64,000 nt of DNA, from the NCBI GenBank assembly GCA_964458305.1, contig CAYWIH010000002.1, positions 32,599-96,598 on the forward strand, written 5' to 3'. A program made the translations under genes and the position numbers. The notes under the pieces are model-generated. The model did no database searches, was not told the origin of the DNA, and saw nothing but the letters and a program-made list of their open reading frames with translations. Positions 27,877-35,370 of the stretch are shown here, piece after piece. How positions within the stretch are numbered: the stretch's first letter is position 1; each line of letters starts with the position of its first letter. This stretch comes from an uncultured bacterium (lineage in GTDB: Bacteria > Cyanobacteriota > Cyanobacteriia > Cyanobacteriales > JASJDA01).

Positions 27877-29271
27877 ATGAAACCTCGACCACCAAGATTT
27901 ATCAAAGGCAAACTAACTGAAGATAGTATTAGTTCTCATTTAATTAAATTGAGCTGGCCGATGCTATTAGGAAGGTTAAACTTTATCGCCTTCAATATTG
28001 TAGATACCTTCTTTATCGCCCAACTGGGTACGAAACAACTAGCCGCAATGAGCTTTACTTTTCCTGCAGTTATGATTATTAGTAGCGTAGCTATGGGATT
28101 GGGAAATGCAAGTGGTTTAGTTATCGCTCGTATTATTGGAGAAGGCGATCGCAATAAAATTCAGCGCAGAATTACCGATAACTTGTTACTATCTCTAGTT
28201 ATTGGCATTATTTTAGGTTTAATTGCTTTAGTAACGATCGATCCATTTTTTAGTCTTTTAGGAGCTAAACCAGAAATTATTAATCTCATCCGAGAATACA
28301 TACCAATAATTTATATCGGCTCGATTTTTTCGATAGTTACTTTAACTGCAAATAATGCAATTCGTGCCTCTGGAAATACATTACTTCCCAGTGTATTAAT
28401 GATATTTTCTACTTTAATTAATTTTGTTCTCGATCCCTTATTTATTTTTGGCTGGGGTATTTTTCCTCGTTTAGAAATGCAAGGAGCAGCTTTAGCAACA
28501 TTAATTGCCAAGGCGATCGCTTTTATTTTATTCTTAATTATTCTCGATCGAGAAAAAAATATTGCATTTAATATCCCTAAATTCAAGGAACTTTTAAAAT
28601 CCTGGAAAAATAGCCTTTATCTTGCCATACCTATTATCGCTACTAACGCAATTAAACCTCTTTCTACAGCAATAATTATCGGTACGATCGCCGTTTATGG
28701 TTCTTCAGCTATTGCTGGGTTTGGGATTATTTCGCGAGTAGAAGGAATAGTATTAATAGTATTTTCTGCCGTATCAACAAGTGTCGGTTTGATCGTCGGA
28801 CAAAATTTTGGTGCTGGCAAGTTATTTCGCGTTAATAAAACCTTCTCGCTCGGTTCTCAATTTTGCTTGCTTTGGGGGATTTTTATGGCAATAATATTAG
28901 CCTTATTCTCTGGAAATATAGCAGCAGTTTTTAACAATAATTCTGAAGTTGTTTCTGTTGCGATCGCTTATTTTAAAATCGTTCCCATCAGCTATCCAGC
29001 TTTAGGAATTTTGATAATTTCTAGTGCTATTTTTAACGGTACGGCTAAACCTTTACCACCAGTTATCATGACTTTGACAAAAACTTTTGCGATCTACTTA
29101 CCATTAGCTGCAATTGGCAGCAAAATATTAGGAATTCAGGGAGTTTTTCTAGCTATTTGTTTGTCTAATTTGCTAATTGGGATATTAAGCTTTACCTGGA
29201 ATAAAATTAGTTTGAATCTTGTAGCAGAAAAAAAATCTATTTCTAGAAAATTCGCCGATCGGGTAAATTAA
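27877..29271 (+). CDS. MATE-family efflux transporter
   Basis: 464 aa, 12 predicted helices. N-terminal signature LIKLSWPMLLGRLNFIAFNIVDTFFIAQLG is typical of NorM/DinF-type MATE proteins. Confidence 0.85.
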   Translation: MKPRPPRFIKGKLTEDSISSHLIKLSWPMLLGRLNFIAFNIVDTFFIAQLGTKQLAAMSFTFPAVMIISSVAMGLGNASGLVIARIIGEGDRNKIQRRITDNLLLSLVIGIILGLIALVTIDPFFSLLGAKPEIINLIREYIPIIYIGSIFSIVTLTANNAIRASGNTLLPSVLMIFSTLINFVLDPLFIFGWGIFPRLEMQGAALATLIAKAIAFILFLIILDREKNIAFNIPKFKELLKSWKNSLYLAIPIIATNAIKPLSTAIIIGTIAVYGSSAIAGFGIISRVEGIVLIVFSAVSTSVGLIVGQNFGAGKLFRVNKTFSLGSQFCLLWGIFMAIILALFSGNIAAVFNNNSEVVSVAIAYFKIVPISYPALGILIISSAIFNGTAKPLPPVIMTLTKTFAIYLPLAAIGSKILGIQGVFLAICLSNLLIGILSFTWNKISLNLVAEKKSISRKFADRVN

Positions 29272-29337
29272 TTTAAACTCGAAAACTTAATAATATCGGT
29301 GTAATTTTAAATCCAATTCCCACTATCTCTAAGAAAA

Positions 29338-30504
29338 ATGATGATAAGCGAAAAAATCAAACAAATCGATCGACAATTAATCGAACTGATCGGCGAAAGA
29401 ATAAAACTTTTAGAGCGATCGGATGGTTCTTACCCCTTAGAAAATCCCGAGTTAATTCCTCTGCTCGAACAAGCTGGTATTCCCGAATTTGTTTGGAAAA
29501 ATTTAGCGATCGATTGTGCGGCTAGTTTAACAATTAAAGCTTCATCTTCTACGTTAAATAATAGGCGATCGAAACGGATAACTATTATTGGTGGAAAAGG
29601 AATGATGGGGCGTTTTTTCACAGCAAGATTATCTGCGGCCGGACACGATGTAAAAATTCTCGAATCTAATGATTGGGAAAGAGCAGAACAATTATTAAAT
29701 TCAGCAGATTTAGTATTAGTATGCGTGCCGATCGAATGTTCGATCGAAGTAATTAAAAAAGCAAGTAAATATCTTTCTCCTGATACTGCTTTAGCAGATA
29801 TTGCTAGTATTAAAAGTCCGATAGTCAAAGCAATGTTGGAATATCATAACGGCCCGGTCATGGGTTTGCATCCGATGTTCGGCCCGCAAATTAAGTCATT
29901 TTTAGGTCAAAAAGTAATCGTCTGTTCCGGGCGTGAAGATCGAGCTTTTCAATGGTTATTAGATCTGATTAAAAATGAGGGAGGTAAACTGATTTTTGCT
30001 ACTCCAGAAGAACACGATCGGATGATGGTAGATATTCAAGCAATTCGTAATTTTACTACTTTTAGTATGGGGGTTTTTCTTTCAGAAGAAGGAATAGATA
30101 TTAACCGCAGTTTGGATTTTTCTAGCCCTCTCTATCGCCATAATATTGCCGTAGTAACTCGTTTGTTCGCTCAGTCCGCACCCTTAATCGTAGATATTAT
30201 TTTAGCCACACCAGAGCGTCACCAAGCCATCTCTAAACTAGCAAATACTTACAGTCGTTTAGCTGAATTAGTAAACCAAGGCGATCGCGATGGTTTGATT
30301 TTAGAATTTCAGCGCGCTCAAAACTTTTTTGCTCGATCGATTCCCTGCGGTCTTAAAGAAAGCACTTATATAATTAATTCTCTCAATAATTTTTTAGCCG
30401 CTCAGGAACAAGAACAAAAACAAAAATATCAATTTTCACTCAATAATTGTCCCAGTAATTTTACAAAGATCTCTTCTCAGAAAACCCCGGCACTTTCTAA
30501 TTAA
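29338..30504 (+). CDS. tyrA: Prephenate dehydrogenase of the E. coli T-protein type, with a short, apparently degenerate chorismate-mutase-like N-terminus
   Basis: ITIIGGKGMMGRFFTARLSAAGHDVKILE ... GPVMGLHPMFGP ... SSPLYRHNIAVVTRLFAQ is collinear with the E. coli TyrA dehydrogenase domain. The N-terminal 75 aa keep only a helix-1-like EKIKQIDRQLIELIGERIKLLE. Confidence 0.8.
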   Translation: MMISEKIKQIDRQLIELIGERIKLLERSDGSYPLENPELIPLLEQAGIPEFVWKNLAIDCAASLTIKASSSTLNNRRSKRITIIGGKGMMGRFFTARLSAAGHDVKILESNDWERAEQLLNSADLVLVCVPIECSIEVIKKASKYLSPDTALADIASIKSPIVKAMLEYHNGPVMGLHPMFGPQIKSFLGQKVIVCSGREDRAFQWLLDLIKNEGGKLIFATPEEHDRMMVDIQAIRNFTTFSMGVFLSEEGIDINRSLDFSSPLYRHNIAVVTRLFAQSAPLIVDIILATPERHQAISKLANTYSRLAELVNQGDRDGLILEFQRAQNFFARSIPCGLKESTYIINSLNNFLAAQEQEQKQKYQFSLNNCPSNFTKISSQKTPALSN

Positions 30505-30650
30505 AATCGGGAGGATTAGTTATTACTAAATATATCAAAAAATTACGAGTGATAAAGACTATTTCACCTTCAATCTAGTTCTTTATAAGATAAGTATTTA
30601 AAGGGATTTTATACGAAGAAAAAATTTACCAACTCGTTGGAAATAAAGCT

Positions 30651-31985
30651 ATGAAAGATCTAAGCAATACCGCACCGCTCGAAAATCAAGAAACAAATCT
30701 AAGAACTGCTAATCCCAGCCAGATAAGCACCAATAAATTAAAATGGTTGATTCCAGGCCTATTAATAGTAACCTTAGCCGTAACTTTTCGGATAGTTTCA
30801 TCTAGATTTAACACCAGATCGGTTATTGATTTCTCAACGGTGACAGTACCTGCAAAAGAAAAACAATTGACCGTCAAAATTGAGGCTGCTGGCAGTATAG
30901 TTCCGAGTTACAGCGTTAATATTAGTCCAAAAAATATCGGACGTTTAACAGATCTTTATGTAAATCAAGGAGATGAAGTAAAACAAGGACAAATTTTAGC
31001 ACGGATGGACTCTTTTAATTTGCAAGCTCAAGCCAGCGAAGCTAAAGCAAAATTAAAACAAGCAGAAGCAGAATATACCAAAGTAATTAACGGCAACCGT
31101 ATTGAAGAAATTCGCAGAGCGCAAGCACAAGTAGAGTCCGATCGGGCCAAGGTAGAATTAAGCAATTTAGAAGTACAAAGATATCAAACCCTGGTCACAC
31201 AAGGTGCGCTCGCTCGACAAGAATTAGATCGCAAATTGAGCGAACATAAAGTAAATTTAGCCGCTTTAGAACGCTCAGAGCAACAATTAAAAGAATATAG
31301 TGACGGTTCGCGCAGCGAAGATATCGAGCTAACAAAAGCTAAAGTAGAAGCAGCAAAAGCACAATTAGAAGTAGTTAAAACCAATCTCGAAGAAACAGTA
31401 ATTCGCGCTCCATTTGACGGCATCATTTCTCAAAAATATGCTACCGTAGGCTCGATTATCACCCCCACCACTTCAGCTTCTTCTACCGCTTCAGCTACTT
31501 CCACTTCGATCGTGGCAATAACTTCCGGTTTAGAAGCAAAAATAAATGTCCCCGAAGCAAGTATTTCTCAAATAAAAACGGGCCAGCAAGTAGAAATTGT
31601 TGCCGATGCTTATCCTCAAGAGACTTTTACAGCAAAAGTCACACAAGTAGCCCCAGAAGCAGTAGTCCAAAATAATGTTACTTTCTTTGAGGTGAAATTA
31701 GAACTAATTGAAGGTCGATCGAAATTGCGCTCTGGGATGAACGTCGATGCCACTTTCATCGGCCAAACCAAACAAGCATTAACTATCCCGACAGTAGCGA
31801 TCGCCCTGCAAAACGGTGAAATGGGAGTGATGCTTTTAGACGAGGAAAATCAAGTTCAATTTCAACCCGTAACAGTAGGTTTAACCCAAAACGGCGAAAC
31901 TGAAATTCTCGATGGTTTGCAGTCAGGAGAGCGGGTATTTATTGATTCTCCCAAACAAAATAAAAGATCTTTTGGTAATAGGTAA
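30651..31985 (+). CDS. HlyD/DevB-type membrane fusion (periplasmic adaptor) protein
   Basis: N-terminal TM, lipoyl-like VNQGDEVKQGQILARMD, long coiled coil, then beta-barrel domains. 444 aa. Confidence 0.85.
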   Translation: MKDLSNTAPLENQETNLRTANPSQISTNKLKWLIPGLLIVTLAVTFRIVSSRFNTRSVIDFSTVTVPAKEKQLTVKIEAAGSIVPSYSVNISPKNIGRLTDLYVNQGDEVKQGQILARMDSFNLQAQASEAKAKLKQAEAEYTKVINGNRIEEIRRAQAQVESDRAKVELSNLEVQRYQTLVTQGALARQELDRKLSEHKVNLAALERSEQQLKEYSDGSRSEDIELTKAKVEAAKAQLEVVKTNLEETVIRAPFDGIISQKYATVGSIITPTTSASSTASATSTSIVAITSGLEAKINVPEASISQIKTGQQVEIVADAYPQETFTAKVTQVAPEAVVQNNVTFFEVKLELIEGRSKLRSGMNVDATFIGQTKQALTIPTVAIALQNGEMGVMLLDEENQVQFQPVTVGLTQNGETEILDGLQSGERVFIDSPKQNKRSFGNR

Positions 31986-32007
31986 TCTAAATAGGAGGTA
32001 AAATTCA

Positions 32008-33240
32008 ATGGGTGCAGATTTAAAAGAAAACCTAAACATGGCATTGCGAACTTTAACCGCCAACAAAATGCGTAATTGCCTGACGATGTTGGGGATGATT
32101 ATCGGTAATGCTTCAGTAATTGCAATGGTATCTGTAGGACAAGGTACTCAGAACGAAATTAAGAAACAATTTGAGTCTTTAGGGACTAATATTTTATTTA
32201 TCGTGCCAGGAGTGCAGCAAAGAGGGCCTCAAGCTGGAGCAGTTCAAGCAAATACTTTGTTGTTATCCGATGCCGAAGCGATCGCTAAAGAAGTTCCAGC
32301 AGTCAGTTACGTTGCTCCAGAAAAAATCGAACGTTTGCGTCTAGTTTATGGCGATCGCGATACGAATGTTAGCGTCACCGGTACTACTGAAACATATCCG
32401 CAAGTTAGAAATTCCGAAGTTGCTAAGGGTCGTTTTTTTAATACCGTAGAGGTTGAAAGTCTCTCTCGAGTAGCAGTACTCGGTAGCGAAACGGCTCGAC
32501 AATTATTCGGCACTCGCTCCCCGTTAAATGAAAAAATTCGCATCGGCGATCTCAGTTTTCAGGTAATTGGGGTGATGGCAGAAAAGGGTGCGGCCTTGGG
32601 TCAAAATCAAGATGAAGTAGCTTTTATCCCTATTGTGGTGATGGCTAATCAATTAAGCGGAAGAGATAACCTCAATACTAGCCCCACAGTACAGACTATT
32701 TCTGTTTCAGCTCGCGATCGATCTAGTTCTAGTGCTGCTCAATATCAAATTACTAACCTGCTCCGTTTGCGTCACAATATTTTAGATGGTGAAGATGATT
32801 TTACGGTTCGCAACCAGCAAGATTTGTTAAAAACTGCCAATAATGTGACTAATTTACTGATTTTGGTTTTAGGTGTGACGGCAAGTATTTCTCTAATTGT
32901 CGGCGGTATCGGTATCATGAATATGATGTTGGTATCGGTAACCGAACGTACCAAAGAAATTGGTTTACGCAAGGCTCTCGGTGCGACTGGTCAAGATATA
33001 TTAATACAGTTCAGTATCGAATCGATCCTTTTATCTACCACTGGAGGAGTTTTGGGTATTGTTTTGGGTGTGGGTGGAATTGTCTTAGTTGCTGCGGCAA
33101 GTCCTTTGAGTGCGATAGTTTCGGGTAATTCAATTTTGTTAGCTTTTAGTGTTTCTAGCAGTATTGGTTTGATATTTGGCATAATTCCGGCTCGTAATGC
33201 TGCCAATCTCGATCCTATTTTGGCATTAAGAAGTAGTTAG
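32008..33240 (+). CDS. ABC-transporter permease of the MacB/DevC (FtsX-domain) type
   Basis: AGGAGG RBS lies 8 nt before the ATG. N-terminus ALRTLTANKMRNCLTMLGMIIG, a MacB periplasmic domain, and C-terminal FtsX helices with ERTKEIGLRKALGA. Confidence 0.85.
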   Translation: MGADLKENLNMALRTLTANKMRNCLTMLGMIIGNASVIAMVSVGQGTQNEIKKQFESLGTNILFIVPGVQQRGPQAGAVQANTLLLSDAEAIAKEVPAVSYVAPEKIERLRLVYGDRDTNVSVTGTTETYPQVRNSEVAKGRFFNTVEVESLSRVAVLGSETARQLFGTRSPLNEKIRIGDLSFQVIGVMAEKGAALGQNQDEVAFIPIVVMANQLSGRDNLNTSPTVQTISVSARDRSSSSAAQYQITNLLRLRHNILDGEDDFTVRNQQDLLKTANNVTNLLILVLGVTASISLIVGGIGIMNMMLVSVTERTKEIGLRKALGATGQDILIQFSIESILLSTTGGVLGIVLGVGGIVLVAAASPLSAIVSGNSILLAFSVSSSIGLIFGIIPARNAANLDPILALRSS

Positions 33241-33241
33241 T

Positions 33242-33661
33242 TTAAGGCTGAATTATCGGACAAATAGTATCTGCTTTTGTGTTTTGTTTTGGTTGAGTTT
33301 CTGAAATTAAAGACTGTAATTTAATTTTGAGATCTTTTAATTGTTCGATGCGATCGTCTATTTCTTCAATTTTAATTTTAAGAGTCTGGCGAACTTTACT
33401 ACAAGGCATTTCTCCTCGATCGTGAATTTGCAGTAGCTGTCCAATTTCAGTGAGGCTCAAACCAAGACTTTGAGAGCGTTTAATAAAATTAAGTCGCCCA
33501 ACAATTTCAGGAGAAAAAAGCCTAAACCCTCCTTCTGTGCGCTTTAGGGCTTGAAGCAATCCCAATTTTTCATAATAGCGAATTGTTTCGATTGAAACCT
33601 TAGTTATTGAAGAGATTTCCCCGATCCGCAAGAGTTTTTCTTCTCGATCCGACATAAGCAA
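33242..33661 (-). CDS. MerR-family transcriptional regulator
   Basis: HTH LRIGEISSITKVSIETIRYYEKLGLL, a long dimerisation helix, and Cys residues at positions 87 and 134. It is the last gene of the minus-strand DUF4139 operon. Confidence 0.85.
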   Translation of the reverse strand: MLMSDREEKLLRIGEISSITKVSIETIRYYEKLGLLQALKRTEGGFRLFSPEIVGRLNFIKRSQSLGLSLTEIGQLLQIHDRGEMPCSKVRQTLKIKIEEIDDRIEQLKDLKIKLQSLISETQPKQNTKADTICPIIQP

Positions 33662-33683
33662 TTTTAATAAAAAAAATCAATTA

Positions 33684-35264
33684 CTAAGCTAAAAAATCCA
33701 CTTCTAAATTTACTTCTGGATTCACTTTAATTTTATATACTAAATCGATTTGGTGCTGAGAATAAGCATTTAAATTTAAATTCCAAATACAAAAACCATT
33801 TTCATCTGGCTCGACTCGATCGCTTGTTTTAGTTTTTATTATTTCGATTGTGACTTCTTCTAATTCTGAAATTGGTACTCGTTCGATTAGTTTAATTTCC
33901 CTGTTGCGATCGCTAATATTAGAAAGAAAAATTTGAACTGTAAAAATATAAATATCCCACTTTGTGAGATTATCTTCTTTTTTTTCCCAATCTTTTTCTC
34001 GCTGTACTCTTATTCCCGCATCCGCACCCCATCCTAAAGCAAATTTTTCTTGAGGTGCGATAAATAAAATTGAAGTTTTACCAATAAATTCTGTAGCACT
34101 AATTAAGTCTACTGGTGCGGCTAATAAAGGATAATTAGATAGATTAGTTTGAGTACTTTTAAGAATTACTTGCGGGGCTATTTCTGGCATTAAAAGATAT
34201 TCTATTTCTGCGGGCGATCGAAATTCAAATAAAGGTACTCGATAGGGACGACCGTCAGAAGGGATCTTAGCTTTATTTAAAGCTCTTAATATCCTTACTT
34301 CTCCCCCATCATCGACACCGGGTAAATTAACAGTAGTTGATATTTGTTCTGGTTTAATTCCGGTTGTTTGGATTGTTTGTTCTCTAGGTTTGACAATAAT
34401 TTGTTCCGATTTATTTTTAATATTAAGTAAATCGTCGTTAAGTAGAGGTGGTTCTGTTCCCAAACTAGCCCTTGCTGTCGAAAAAACTAAATCGACATTT
34501 TCCCAATCTTCTCCGGTATTTTGCCAAACACAACCATCACAGCCAAACTCGATCGAAGCTTTTTCTGCTGTTATTAAACGCGCCCGATGCCAAGGTCGCC
34601 AAAGAGCGTTAGCAACGATATATTCAAAGCTTATTTCGTATTCTCTTGGTTGGTTAATTGTCAGATCTACTTCGATATTAGCTGTATAAATATAATCCGG
34701 TCGGGCGATATTTTCGATTCTTGCGATTAAATAATTAATCTTTTCTGCCAGTTTTTCTTGTTCGTAATAGTTACTAACAATTTCGTTTTGTAAGTCTCGC
34801 ATTCTTTGCCACAAAGAATTTAATTGCCTGCGCCAACTGCTAAGATCTAACTGTCCCCAAACCGCATCGATCGGAATTTCTGCGATAGTTTTATTTAATA
34901 TCTCTTTTAATCTTATAAAAGATTTTTCACCGTGCTGACGTTCTTCATTTTTTATTTCAAAATTATTTACAAAATCACGATATTCTACTAACAGTTCTTT
35001 GATTTCTGCTGGTTTTTCTGCTTCTTTAACTAACATTTTACGGCGCGATCGCACGTCATTAATAAGATTATTTTTAGACAAATTTACAAATTCCGCTCTT
35101 AAAGATTTATCCCAAAGAAGCGGAGTGATTTTATCTATTTTTACCCTCCACAAACCAGGATTTAAATTAATAGTTGTTTTTCGCCTTACTAAAGCCCGAT
35201 CTTCAAGTAAAGTTACTACAGAAATAGGAGCATTTATAATTAATTCACTAATTCTTTTTGACAT
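33684..35264 (-). CDS. DUF4140/DUF4139 (MuiA-like) family protein, short paralog
   Basis: 526 aa. N-terminal beta-rich segment APISVVTLLEDRALVRRKTTINL, a central coiled coil, and a C-terminal region (WRPWHRARL...VDLVFSTA...LIERVPIS) collinear with the 774-aa neighbour. Confidence 0.6.
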   Translation of the reverse strand: MSKRISELIINAPISVVTLLEDRALVRRKTTINLNPGLWRVKIDKITPLLWDKSLRAEFVNLSKNNLINDVRSRRKMLVKEAEKPAEIKELLVEYRDFVNNFEIKNEERQHGEKSFIRLKEILNKTIAEIPIDAVWGQLDLSSWRRQLNSLWQRMRDLQNEIVSNYYEQEKLAEKINYLIARIENIARPDYIYTANIEVDLTINQPREYEISFEYIVANALWRPWHRARLITAEKASIEFGCDGCVWQNTGEDWENVDLVFSTARASLGTEPPLLNDDLLNIKNKSEQIIVKPREQTIQTTGIKPEQISTTVNLPGVDDGGEVRILRALNKAKIPSDGRPYRVPLFEFRSPAEIEYLLMPEIAPQVILKSTQTNLSNYPLLAAPVDLISATEFIGKTSILFIAPQEKFALGWGADAGIRVQREKDWEKKEDNLTKWDIYIFTVQIFLSNISDRNREIKLIERVPISELEEVTIEIIKTKTSDRVEPDENGFCIWNLNLNAYSQHQIDLVYKIKVNPEVNLEVDFLA

Positions 35265-35276
35265 AATTTTTTATCC

Positions 35277-35328
35277 CCCCTGACCTCCTACCCACTCTCT
35301 GACCCCTGACCTCCTACCCACTCTCTGA
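35277..35328. repeat. 26-bp direct tandem repeat, 2 full copies plus the start of a third
   Basis: CCCCTGACCTCCTACCCACTCTCTGA occurs at 35277-35302 and 35303-35328, followed by CCCCTG. Lies in the spacer between the two DUF4139 genes. Confidence 0.9.
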
Positions 35329-35338
35329 CCCCTGTACC

Positions 35339-35356
35339 GACGTACCATGGTACGTC
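35339..35356. repeat. 18-bp perfect palindrome GACGTACCATGGTACGTC (member of a dispersed element)
   Basis: Self-complementary around CCATGG. The 20-mer TGTACCGACGTACCATGGTA (35333-35352) recurs identically at 45412-45431. Confidence 0.9.
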
Positions 35357-35370
35357 CTCTAACCTCATTT

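Noticed and set aside
33242-33661. Mercury/metal resistance operon, inferred from the MerR family name
   Set aside because: No merT/P/A, P-type ATPase or other metal-handling genes are adjacent. The family is functionally broad.
35277-35328. Possible CRISPR array (direct repeats of 26 bp)
   Set aside because: Only two contiguous copies with no spacers between them. No cas genes are in the window.
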